64,000 bases of DNA. It comes from Camelus ferus. Its lineage: Eukaryota. A model generated the notes under the pieces. That model saw only the letters and a list, made by a program, of their open reading frames with translations. It was not told the origin of the DNA and made no database searches. Location: NCBI RefSeq assembly GCF_009834535.1, contig NC_045697.1, forward strand, positions 15,254,001 through 15,318,000, written 5' to 3'. The translations under genes and the position numbers were made by a program. Below are positions 50,386 to 62,745 of this stretch, piece by piece (the first letter of the stretch is position 1; each line of letters begins with the position of its first letter).

Positions 50386-52854
50386 CTCCTTGTTTATTAT
50401 TTTGTCTTCTATCGATTATCCTCTTCCAGCCTCAAACTGCCTTCCTACCTTTTTTTGGAAAGAGGTATAAAAATTTGTGCTCATGATATAAATACACCGA
50501 TTTCAATACTACAAACACTTACCGAGTACGTACCACGTTCCACGCGCTGTGACAGGTACACAGCTTGCAGACCACCTCTACGATTTCTCTAAATTGCAGC
50601 TTGTTACTATCAGACACTGAATTTCAAAGCCTACCATTTGGCATTCCCATATTATAGGCTCTTTCATTTTGCTAAAATTGCTGCTGGCGCTTTCCACCAT
50701 ATTAATGATGTCTTTTTCCGTGGGCCGGTCTGCTCTCGGTAAACAACCACAGGTGTGGGTTCTGTTTTGTCTGTGTGCAAGGCCTCCTGTTATCCGTCTC
50801 CCTGCAGAGAAGTTCCCCATTAGACCGCTGCCCACAGCACTGGCTGCCGTTTTACACCGACAATTCCCAGACACAGAATTTCTCGTTACTAGTTGATTCA
50901 GATGGTATGATTCTCCGTGTCCTTGAAGCGTTGACTCCATATGGTTGGGTTAAATACCCTTCCATCGTCACAGGGCCAACATAACAAGCAGACAGACTGT
51001 TCTCTCTGTGTCTGAGGTGGATTTAAGAGCAAAGATGTGCATGTCTATACCGCTTGCATCTGATTTTGAAAATATCTGCCTCTCCCCAGCACTGCCCTAC
51101 CGGAGTTCCAACTTAACCGATAAAAATCCCCTATATTTCTTACCTAGTTATGAAAATTATAACTCAGTTAAGTGCTATGGTCTAGCTTTTGTTTTTCAGT
51201 TACTTTCTGTACAACAGCATTAATACTGGAGAAAAATGTCTGCGGAAAAGGAAGAAGTCTCGCTGTCATAAGCAATCTCAGACTGCTTTTCCCAGGGAAC
51301 ACTGCATTTCTTTATCTTCTTATCAGCCTGTTCATAGCCTATTTAAAGTATGGGTTCATTTAGCAGAGATTCTTGATGATTATATGTTTCCCTAACCCAT
51401 TACAGTTTTTTTTTTAATAGAAACAATCGATATTTTACATCATCCCTGCAGTGTCCATCAACATCCTATTCTACCTCTAAAAAGAAGTCGTATACAGAAT
51501 ATGGAGTCTGCTATCTCCCCTCCCACACCCCCCAAAAAAACCCTACAGAAAAACCCGAATATGGAGTCTCTTATTTTAAAACCCACCACCTTTCAGCATT
51601 TAGCATAGATCACAGTGTTGGAAATCAAAGTGAATGCTATTTTAGGGAAAAGCTGGGTTTTTGAGAATCCACAAATAACAACTCAAATGACCTACTTGTT
51701 ACCCAGCTTGTCTTGGTCAGAGTTCTGTCTGGAGTGGAACTGGGACCAATCAGGAGTCAGTATTTTCCTTCATGTTCCTTCAATATCAAAGCTCTCCCCT
51801 CTGTTTCATCTTCTGAGTCAAAACAGTCAACTAAACACCAGAGATTCTCTTTCCTCCATCCGAAATTGTCCTGTGTCACTTCCTCCTCCACCTCTATCAA
51901 CTGAGGACTGCTATTTCTCAATTCTGTGAGTGAACAGACTCTTCAAATGGCTTCTTTCCTGCAGGTTTGCTCCCCTGTGGTCTATTCTCTACATGCCGAC
52001 TGGAGTGATCAGGACACTCATGACAGTGATGACTACCATTCATTGGTTCTTTATATGCATTACTCATTTAGTTCAAATAGACACACACACACGCACACGC
52101 ACACACATCCCAAACCAGTATCGCTCCCATTTTTCACATGAGGAAACCAAGACTTAGTGAAATTAAGAATCTGACCTACTTTAAAGAGCTACTAAGATGC
52201 AAACTCAGGCTTCTCTAACACATGGGATATTCATGTGTCATACTTAGAATCCCTGTTCCATAGGTGCAACATCTGGTTGGTATAGCTCAGCCCAGATGTC
52301 ACTTTTTGCCAGGGAGGATGAAGCATCTCTAAGGACAGTTTTATTAAAACTCTATCCAAAAGAGAGGTAGATCCCCAAGTAAAATCACGTTGCAATTTCA
52401 AGGAGAATGAATGAGCACTAGGCTGGCAAAAACAAGAGGTCTTGTGACAGCTTCTCTTCATAGTCAACTATAAAACCCTTGCCCAAAAATGACCTCAAAT
52501 TCTGTTATTCGATGGATATAGCAAACTATATTCCTTACAGGTAGAAAACACCACTAGCTGATAAGGAATTTAGTTCTTATAAAAACCATAGTACAAGTAC
52601 AGACACTAAAATGTAAATTACCTGAATGGAGTCAGTTGGTTATAAAAAACAGGGGAGAGGCAGGAGGTCCAGGCTAGGACATCTAATACCCTTATCAGGT
52701 GGTGGCAAAATGTGTGGCCAAACTGTCACCTGATTCACTTTGGTATACAGATCTTATGTCCACTGAAGTGGTATTGTTAGCAAAAAGTATGTATGTTGGC
52801 TACATCTTACAGCCTTTAGATTCTCCTTTAAGAGAAATGAACCTAAATCCTAGT

Positions 52855-52902
52855 AAAAACAAAACAAAACAAAAACAAACAAACAAACAAAACAAAAAAA
52901 AC
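52855..52902. repeat. (AAAAC/AAAC)n A-rich simple repeat
   Basis: 'aaaaacaaaacaaaacaaaaacaaacaaacaaacaaaacaaaaaaa'. Confidence 0.9.
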
Positions 52903-53965
52903 CCTAAAAATCAAGGGAAGACACCTGTAATACAAGAATTACTTTGGGCACAGTATGTCCTATAATTGGGAGTTGTGCTGGATAGGAAAAGTATACTTGT
53001 GTACCTCATGATAAAGTGAGAGATTTAGGGAAACTGGAGCTTACTTAGCAGGAGGTAGGACTTATACGACTGGGGAATGAGTCCTGACCCATGCACTTCA
53101 TGGTAAGACGCTCTGCCAGCAAAGACAGAAATAATACTCGTGCATCTCATCTAAAACTAGTTTCATTTTCTCTGGGTAGAGGCTATTAAAGTAAAAGATA
53201 AGGAAACTTTGACTTAAAGACTAAGTCCAGGCAAGATACTTGACTCTGTAATTAGAGCATAAAATTTTTAGGCAAAAAAAAAAAAGGACGGGAAGCCTAC
53301 TAAGTATTTGAGGGAAAGATACTGCCAAGGAAACCCCAAAACTAGCCACCCATCCCTAACCCAATTCTGTTAGCTTTCAACCTCCCTTCCTGGGACCTGG
53401 GCTGTTACATCTGCACAGTTCCATGAAGGGCATCCTTATCTACAACTTACCTCAGTTGGGACCATGGAGAAATACAAGCCAAAAGCATCCTATACGGCAG
53501 AACCAGGGGTCAAGGGGAATGATGGACAGATCACCTCAACTGTCCAGTGGATGTAACTAAAGAACTTAGTTCACTGTCACAGTAAAGAGTTTTGTCTTAA
53601 CAGTTCCATCCTTGTTCAGCAAGATGTGTGTGTTGTAGACTGTGGACTATGTTCTTCCCATTCTCTCCTTTGCTAAGTAAGAGTCTAACTGAGTGTCCAA
53701 TTGTATTAGGATATCGGGGGCTGTTAACTTTTCACTAGGTGGCTCAGTTATAAAACTCCATATTCATATATGATTGAGGAGACCATCAGTCAGTCACCTA
53801 GAGATCTTGGATTTATCCGATATAACTGGATGAATCTTAGTGTGGTCACAAGGAGAGAGTGGAAACATTCCACCTAGTTTCCACAATGTTAAATATATGT
53901 TTGGAAAGAAGTTCTGATACGACTGTGGGACAGTCCCATGAATGAATCGAATGAACCATGGCATT

Positions 53966-54385
53966 CAGTAAGATGAGCTTGCTCATCCACCAGCGCCCCT
54001 TTCTTCCTTGCTGATGATGATGTTCAAGGTGGCAATACCCCCAGCTCTCAGAATGAACCATGATTGGTCTGTCTAGATAAATCATGACATCCCCGTGTCC
54101 ATTTACCAAATAGATACCCACTTTCGCAATCATTCTTGTAGCTCTAGTCAGCCAGATGAGCCCTAAAGAGTGAGTTCACTGGGGTGGATGTACACAGGAA
54201 ATCCTATACTTTGAAAAAAGGAAATATTTTTCTTTCTTTTCTACCTTAAAAAAATGTATAAGTTGTTTTGTGACCATGAAGTAATGAATGTAAAGATAAG
54301 AAAAGCCACAAGCTGGGGATGGTTTAAAAGAAGAATGGGAGAAATCTGAGGCCACATTTCCTGTTATATAAACAAGTAAATCAAG
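53966..54385 (+). mobile_element. Old MaLR LTR (MLT1K-like)
   Basis: 'ccctttcttccttgct...gttcaaggtggcaat...atgaaccatgattggtct...ttgtgaccatgaag'. Confidence 0.6.
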
Positions 54386-54459
54386 TTTATAATTGATGTC
54401 ATAATTGGGATTTATTTATGTTATATATATTTTATACAGAGACATGTATATTACATGGC

Positions 54460-55498
54460 TCCAACAATTGTATCTTCAGTCCTAACCTCTACCCTAAAAC
54501 CTGTTATATGTCCAACTGCCTCCTTGAAATCTCCACTCGCATGTTTAAGAGGTAACTTAACCCTAACATATCTGAAACTGAACTCCTCGTTTTTCAATCC
54601 TCCCCAGTCTTCTCCCCCATGTTCCCCCCCCCATGTCAATAAGTAACACCACCACCCATGTCAGTAGCTCAGGCCAAATGCCTTAGAAGTCAGCCTTGTT
54701 GCCGCTCTGTCCGTCATTCCCCACAACCAGCTCATCAGCAAGTCTGGCCAGCCCTACTAGCTCAGTAGATCCTGAATCCTCCTACTTCTCTCCATTGACA
54801 TCCTAAATCCAAAACGTGTCCTGCCTGGGATACCACTCCCCCTCCTACCTCATCTCCCTGCTTCCAGTCTCTCTACCTCAACATTCATTCCCCATAAACT
54901 GGCCAGAGTGTTCTTCTTTATAGTATAAATTATATCCTGTCACTTCTCTTCATAAAGCCCTCATAACTGCGTCCTCTCACATTTATAGTCAAAGCCACAT
55001 GCCTTCTTCTAGCCTCCGAGGTCCTCCTCACATGGTCTGGCTCCCACCCCTATTTCTGACTCATCTCAAGTCTCTCCACCTGACTACCTACACTCCAACT
55101 TCTCTGTCCTCCTTTCTGACCTTTGGACAATCCCAGCCTACTCTGCTTTTGGATCTTTGCAAAAGCCACGTCTTCTGTCTGGAAAGCTTTCCCCTCAGAG
55201 AGTCACATAAATGACATTTTCTTCTAATCCAGGGCTCTGCTGATAGCTCACCTCTTCAGAGAAGCCTTCTCCTTCCCTAATAAGCCTCAAGTACTCACCC
55301 TGTTACTCTCGGTCCATCACGCTGTTTTCCTTCCTTCACAGCAAGTACTGTTATATTTTCTTGCCTATTTATTATCTGGCTTCCTCCAAAACATTCTCCC
55401 CTCCTTGAGAGCAGGGACCTCGTCTGACTTTCTCATTACTGTGTTCCTATTTCCTAGACACTCCACAGATGCTCAATAAATATTTGGTTAATCAGTGA
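54460..55498 (+). mobile_element. L2a LINE, about 1 kb 3' relic
   Basis: 'tccaactgcctccttgaaatctccact...aaactgaactcct...ctccttgagagcagggacctcgtctg...atgctcaataaatatttg'. Confidence 0.85.
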
Positions 55499-57149
55499 AG
55501 TTTATTGGTCCTAGGGAAACTCTTCCTAAAGTTCCATTCAGCTCCTCTGCCTTTAAAAAGGTATTTTCTGTTATATTCTTCATGGTTTTAAGATTAATCA
55601 GGAAATACATTTTGGAGCCAATTCTCTCTTCATTCAATCAAGAAAAATTTACTGTGCCAAGTGTTTCTGCTATACAAAGAAAAATAAAACAGCAGACTCA
55701 TAATCTAGTGGTAGAGAATGACATGAGACCTACTAATGTTGCCTTGTGCAAAGGGGTCAGGAGCAGAGAGAAACAAAACCAGTGATGAGTACAGAGGGAA
55801 GGTGACATCTGCTTTATGCCAATGAGTCAGAGGCTGAGTTCTATAAACTAAAACAGGAAAATACTGCATTGCTTTCCTTTCTCAACCCCATCTAATGACA
55901 CCCCCAAACATGACAAAGACAGAAGGAGGGATTTTTTTTTTGTATGCCATAATGTTAATACAACCTGAAAGTCAAGTTTTGCTAAATTCAAGGATACAAC
56001 TTGCAAATGCCTTATGTGATTCAATCACACTCGATTCTATTTTATCATCATGCAAGGTGAAGATTGACTAAAACTGCCATGAAATAGTTGCTCTCCCAAT
56101 TTCCTCTTCCTCTCACAGCTGCTACCCTACTCTCTGCCAGTTGCCACCTCATGCGCTCATTCAGCACCCACTGCCTGCAGCCCATGACTTCCCGTTACTT
56201 TCTGATCCAAAGGAAATTCTACTAATCCTCTACCAACAGAATGGCGTGGTCACTAGTTCTCAAATGTGCTTTTCTCAACCTACCAACCCACTTGAAATAC
56301 TTGTACCTTATGCTACTATTATCCAAATGCCACAGTTCTCAAACTCAAGATGCCCATCTCTTAAGCCTTCCTCTCTAGTCACTCTAATCTTCTTTGAGCT
56401 CATCCTTCTCCAACTGCCAGCAGTATTCCCTGCCTCTGCTGGTTATTTGAAGTTATTTCCCCACTTCTGGAATTGTTGATTAACTTTTCATGTATTGGGG
56501 TCTTAACAACTTCCTACCTAGATTATTAAATGATTTAGCACAGTGGTTTCACCTTCCATGTCTTGTCTCATCCACACCCATAGATGGCAGTGGTACTGCC
56601 AGAGGAAATGACCGTTCCCTCAACTTCAGTATTCTGCCTGTAAGCAAACGCTGATTTCCATGGTGTCACAGGAGAGAGTCAGGCACAGGGTAAACTGATG
56701 ACCAGGTCCTCCACAGGTGCACTGTAGATTCTTCCAGTCAGACCAACAACTTTTGGTGCCAGTATGTTATATGTCCAGAAAATCAGTAGATAGAGATTTT
56801 CTCCAGGAAAAAGTCAGTTTTGTTGTTGAATTAAAAAAATAAAATAAGGTCCTCTGACTGAACAGTTCTATAGCTGCAAATAGTTTCTGTAGACAAAGAG
56901 GATACTTTCTGTTTATTAATAAATTTTTATACAATTCAGCTAAGCAGTCTTTGGATGAGGCCTTTGGGTTAGAAACAACAACAAAAAAATTGTTTTTCCT
57001 CTTATCTGCAGGAAGAAGTCTGTCATCCTCTCTATCAATTTCATAAGGATAAGTGTTGACTCCACAAATCGAGATTTGGGGTAGATCAGCTATAATTTCA
57101 AACAACCTCCTCTGTAGTCATAATGGAAAGAGTTCTTCAGGATCCTGCC

Positions 57150-57765
57150 CCAGGGTCTCTTCTCTACTACTCCACTCCGCTCCTCTTCCTACAGTATTAC
57201 TCTTCTATAATCTAATCCTCCCTGCTAGTTATATTTTTAAATGTAAATCTGATCAAGCAACTCCTTTTGTAGCTTCTGCTGTCCCTGAGTCCTTAAGATG
57301 GCGGTCAATGATATCTAGGATACACTTTTCTAATGTCTCTCAAGTCATCCTTCACCCTCTCCCTCTTACTCACTCACCTCCAGTCACATTGGGATTTTTT
57401 GACTCCTCAAAGATATCATTTCGTTTTCAGCCTCAAGGCTCTTATTCATGGGATTCCTGCTGCATAGAATTCCTTTTCCCCATCCTTCAGTCTACCTAAC
57501 TCTTACTTCTCCTTCCAATGAAATGTTATTTCTTTAGGAAGAAACTTGTAGGAAGGTTTGGTTTCCCCTGATATGGTCTCTAATAACAGTTATAAACTTT
57601 CTTTGGTAATACTCACGAACATAATGTGTTTTAATCTGAAGGCCTATATATTTAAAGGTCCCATGATAAGAGAGGCTGCGCCTATCTTCGTGACTGTTGC
57701 ATCCCAGGAAATTGTCTAATGTCATGGCACAGAGTTCACGCTCAAGAAACGTGTTGACTTGATAA
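57150..57765 (+). mobile_element. L2 3' relic
   Basis: 'ttttaaatgtaaatctgatca...cagcctcaaggctctt...catggcacagagttcacgctcaagaaacgtgttgac'. Confidence 0.7.
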
Positions 57766-57774
57766 ATGACAATA

Positions 57775-58200
57775 GAGGCATTGGAGCTAGAAGACTGGGT
57801 TAGAACCCACATTTGCTTCCTGTGACCTTGGGCAAGTCACTTTAGCTCACTGATCTTCAATCTCCTCACCACCCACCCCTTGGATAGTGAAAAAGCAAAA
57901 TGATATGTGGTCAACCAAAGAGTTTCTAAGTTGGAAAAGGGTTTTAAACATTATTATTTTTGATTGAATAAAGATAGTCATGAAGTTCCTTGAGCTATAT
58001 ATAGCCAACACTTACTGCATAATTTCTATGGGTAAAAGATCTCCATGCATTATCTCAAACAATTCTAACATATACAATAGTCCTAGGATGTTCCTATGAT
58101 TCATTCCCCTAACAGCTGAGAACAATGAAGTTACAAAGTAATAAGTGATGGCACTCAGATTCAGATAAAAGCAGTCTCTCTCCAAGTCTTGCTTATGAAT
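57775..58200. mobile_element. Two MIR relics in opposite orientations
   Basis: 'ctgtgaccttgggcaagtcactt' (+), then 'catgcattatctca...taagtgatggcactcagattc' (-). Confidence 0.65.
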
Positions 58201-58717
58201 ACCAGATAAGCCTGACTCCCATTACTATAGATTTTACCCCTATTTCTCAGAAGATGGGAGCTTAGCTTTTACAGGAGACAAATTATACCTTTGCCCATGA
58301 GTCCAGCTGTACATGCTAATAAGCTAGGTGATTCTGCCATTTAAATAACTGAGAGAAATCCAACCATTTGGAACATCTTCATCATCTCTATGACCATTTG
58401 TTAAACAGCCAGTGTGTGCCAGGCACCAGAGTAAGCACTTTAAATTACCAATCCTAACCTTCTTACTAATCTTCACTTAACCAGTGAGGACAGTGAGACT
58501 CAGGAAGAATAAGTCAAACAATCTGTGTTCCTAGAGCTTGAGTTTAGCGAACACACCTCTCTAATCAAGGCTGTGCTAAGCCTACCGACTGCTTCTAAGA
58601 GTCTGTGCTGAGAAGCACTCTGAAAACATATACCCTTCAAAAGGCCCGTTCTTTATGAATGCTGCTTATATCATTGTAGAATATTGAGGAGATACTCAGA
58701 GAACCATATGACCAAGC

Positions 58718-59208
58718 CTATGTGTTCTGTACAGCTGCTGTAACAAATTACCACAAACTGAGTGGCATAAAACACAAACGTACTATCTTACCGTTTGGTG
58801 GGTCAGACATATGACACTGAGCAAAGATCAAAGTGCCAGGAGGGCTAGGTTCCCTTCTACAAGCTCCAGGGGAGAACCCATGTGCCTCTTCCAGCTGCTG
58901 GAGGCCACCCACGTTCCTTGACCGACGGACCCCTCCTTCCATATTCATATTCAAAGCAACAACTCTGTGTCCCTCTGACCATTCTTCCTGAGAGATGTGT
59001 CCTTCCGACCAGACCCAGGAAAGGATGTCCACCTTCAAGGACTCGGGTATTAGACTGGGCCCATTGACAGTCCAGAATAATCCCCCCATAACCAGGTCCT
59101 TAACTCAATCATCTGCAAGGTCCCTTTCGCCTTGTACAGTAACACAGTCACAGGTTCCAGAGACTAAACCATGCAGGTCTTTGAGGTCCCATTATTGTGC
59201 CTGCCAAA
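58718..59208 (-). mobile_element. MaLR LTR (MLT1D/C-like)
   Basis: 'gctgctgtaacaaattaccacaaactgagtggc...tagactgggccca...ccttaactcaatcatctgcaaggtccctttcgcc...cacaggttccag'. Confidence 0.88.
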
Positions 59209-59629
59209 CTAAGGTAACAGATCTCCCAGGGGCATCCTCCACCTAGTCTCCTAAAACTCCCTGGGAAGATGAGTCACTCTCAGCACTCAGTCACTCGCAA
59301 AGAACATGCACTGAATAGAAGCACCAAAGCAGAGGAGAGGAAGCCTAGGAATTAGGAAGACAGCAAACGTGTGAGCTCCTGGATACCTGAACCCCAAGGC
59401 CTGCCCTCAGCTATGCCACACCCATTCTAGAGCACTCCAACTATACTTAAAGATAGTATGTTTATGGTAGTAGCTAGAGATGATCAAATCTCTAGCTACA
59501 ATGATCAAATTCCTTTTTGTAATTTTCATGTTTAATATTCAACTCACATGACCTTGTTTCTAATTAATTTAGCAGATATGTTAGTCTTCTATATAAACTT
59601 GGTAGATAGCTATGAAAAGTAGGAAGAAC

Positions 59630-59860
59630 AAAGGCCTTGAAGTTGGATGGACAGGGACCTAAATCTGTCATCTACATGCTCTGACACCTGCTGTGTGACC
59701 TAGAGCATGTTGCTTGACCTTTCTGAGACTCAGTCCCTGTATCTGTTGAACAGTGTTAATTCTACCTACTCACTGGATGTGGATGTAAAGCTCTGATGCA
59801 GTTACACATGTACACTCAAAAACAGGGCCTGACACCTACTGGGACAAAATAAATATTAAG
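59630..59860 (+). mobile_element. MIR SINE relic
   Basis: 'gctgtgtgacctagagcatgttgcttgacctttctgagactcagt'. Confidence 0.72.
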
Positions 59861-60689
59861 CCCTCTCCAATCAATCTGCCTATGGAGGCTGCAAGTAGAA
59901 TGAACGTAGCAAGAATATGATCTTCATTTCTGGGTCCTTTTCCCCCTCGCCCACTCAGCACCTGGAAGAATGCCTAGTCCATAGGAGAGATCCAATATAC
60001 ATTAGTTGAACCATACTGAAGCTTTCTTTTCTCCTTGGATCTAGTGAATAAACCTCTGGTTTGGATCAGTGATGAATTATACAATCAGGTTGCCCTAACA
60101 AGACCTAATTCTCTGAAACACTCTCTGGAGCCCTTGGGCACTGTTCAGTGACTTCACACACAGATTGCAAAACTTAAAAATGGTCTTGCATATAAGCTAT
60201 GGTGGATTACTGACATACAAAATAGATTAAACTGCATAAAACAACCCAGTTCACCACATTCAGCATAAAAATATCTTTAATGAGAGTCTAAGTGACAATG
60301 AGATAAATGTTTTCCAGAATCCTTAACACTGAATTATATCACCAAATACTCTGTAGTCAAACAAGCCACCATTTCCACCCAATGCTAAAGGAACACAGAA
60401 ATTAGCAAAGAAGAATTTGTGACACATCAGTATTTCAGAAGTTAGTTAGTGTTCTTCTTTTTTTAATTTCTGTTCATTCATAAACACAAAGTGAGCCTAA
60501 AGTGTATGGCTCTTGTAGAAGTATTAACTATATGGGATAATCTTCCCCCCAATTAAGCTAAAGATTATGAATCTGTACCACCCTGCTCTCTTTATCAATG
60601 CAGCCAAATCTCCAAGACACAAGACATTGTTTCTAAGGCAAGTAAAGTCTTAAAATACACCACCTGTATAAATTTTACAATAGGTGCAT

Positions 60690-61043
60690 TACCACAGTCT
60701 GAATGTCTGTGCCCCTCACCCTCATTCATATGCTGAAATCCTAACTCCCCCAGCGTGATGGTATCAGCAGGTGGGGATTTGGGAGGTGATTACATTATGA
60801 GGGTGGAGCCCTCATGAATGGAATTAGTGCCCTTATATAAGAGACCCCCACAGAGCTCCCTAGCCCACTTCTGCCATGTGAGGATAAAGTAAGTCTATGG
60901 CCCAGAAGAGGGCCCTCACAAGACCATGCTGGCTGTCTGATCTCAGACTGGAAACCTCCAGAATCATGAGCAACACATTCCTGCTAGTCATAAGCTACCC
61001 AGTCTGTGGCATTTTATTACAGCAGCCTGAAAGGACTAAGGCA
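60690..61043 (+). mobile_element. MaLR LTR (MLT1A0-like)
   Basis: 'tctgaatgtctgtgcccc...gagggtggagccctcatgaatggaattagtgcccttata...gcagcctgaaaggactaaggca'. Confidence 0.9.
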
Positions 61044-61489
61044 CACGTGAAACATGACACATGGTTCACACGTATTTACATGTACAGATAGGATATTAAA
61101 TAAATCAGAAGGATACAAACCAAATTCATGGCAGTGGCTGCAACTGCAGGCAAGAGGAGCTAGGAGAGGGAACACAGACGGTGACAGAATGGTTGTCAAC
61201 TTTATTGTTAACATTTTAGTGCTTTTGTATAAAGAAGGCTGGAAGCAAGTATTTAGTAAAATTATTAACTATCAATTTTAAGTAGGAAATCCTCAGGGTC
61301 TTAGTGTTCTCTATACTTTTCTGTATTTCTGTAAGTAGTTCAAGTGTAAATAGACAACTGCACAGTAGCAATTTCTATGGCATATACAAAGCACACTGGT
61401 GCTATAATAGAAGAATGATTCTCTCTCTTGTGCTTTCAGGCCACGGCTCTCCACAAACATGCGCAAATTTTTCCTGTTTAACAAAATGA

Positions 61490-62745
61490 ATCTGCCAGCA
61501 GCTCCCTCCTCAAGCAACTGCTCCTTCTACCCTCTTTCCTCCACAACAAAACTTCTTCGAAGAGTTGCCTACACTCACTCTCCTTTGTTTCCTCACTCAC
61601 ACCCAAACCCACTGCAACCTGGCTCCTGCCCCACTTAAATGGCTTCAGCCTCCTAACGGCCAAAATCCTTGCAGTTCTCATTTTACTTAACCATGCAAAG
61701 CACTTAAGATAATTGACCAGGTACTGGAAAAGTTTCCTTCCCTTGGCTTCCACTACCCTTGGCTGCCAGTCCTTCAACCTCCCTTTACGATCCATCTCTG
61801 ACTCCATGGCTGGTGCCTCCTCCCTGGTCCAGCCACTTAAATCTAGTCTGCCTCCTCATGTGCCAATCTGAGCTCTGTCCTCTCCCTAAGTGATTCCCTC
61901 CGCAATCTGCTGGCTCCTAAATCTGCATCTCTAGCCCCTTCTGAGATGGAGATTCATGCCTTCAATTATCAGCTGGCTTCTCCTACATTCTCTACCTGTA
62001 TCTCAACTGCCTAAATCCCAAAGCAGCCATATCCTCAAGAATTCTCACTGGAGGTTAAAGCTAAGCATGTGGATAGCTTCCTGACTCCTACTTTTCTGAT
62101 CCTCATTCTAATGCTTGGTGACTCACTGGTTATACTTGCTGCCTTTCTCTTGAACCTACCACCTCCTCTCCACATGCCACACTGCTTTAATGCAGGTCTC
62201 CCATTCCACACTGCTTGCCCTACTTTTCCAACCAGTTCCCTTGACTTCTGTGGACTTACCGCCACCACTTCCCTCTAAAAATATTATTATTGCTTAATAT
62301 CCTTCAATAGCTCCCTACTGCCTGCAGATTTTAATTTAAACTCGCCAGACATAAATGCAATGATTTGAAACAACCTATCACCATCCACCCTTCCAACCTC
62401 ACTTTTGGACACATCTTCCCATGTTGCCAATATTCATGTGTGGACCTTCTCACCGTTCCCTGGATGTAGTTTGAGTTCTGCACACAAATCTGAGCCTGGG
62501 CACAGGCTGTTCTACCTACCTCGGCATCTCTTTCTCTCTCTTCCACTGGATAAACCTTAACACATTGCAGGGCTCTGTGAGATGCCATTTTCCTCAGCAA
62601 AGTTCCTTAACTTCCCTTGGCAGGTAGTCCTTCCCACACCTTTGCTCCCACGGGACTTGGCACATGCCTCTATTTTAGCACTTAAGTCACACTAGTGTGA
62701 GAGTTGCTTGTCCACATGTTCTCTCTCTCAATGTACAGCAGATAG
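61490..62745 (+). mobile_element. L2 LINE long relic
   Basis: Pyrimidine-rich 'cccactgcaacctggctcctgcccc...ccttggcttccact...aatctgcatctctagccc...tagcacttaagtcacact' follows the L2 ORF2/3' pattern. Confidence 0.75.

Noticed and set aside
53949..54062. GAATGAACCATG direct repeat as a TSD
   Set aside because: The second copy is internal to the MLT1K-like LTR, so it does not bound an insertion.
55781..55840. C/D box snoRNA (GTGATGA...CTGA); similar motif pair near 60069-60116
   Set aside because: No convincing terminal stem or recognisable rRNA guide, and such motif pairs arise by chance at this scale.
40322..57040. Plus-strand exons after strong acceptors at about 40321 and 57010
   Set aside because: No good donor at a suitable distance and no recognisable peptide.
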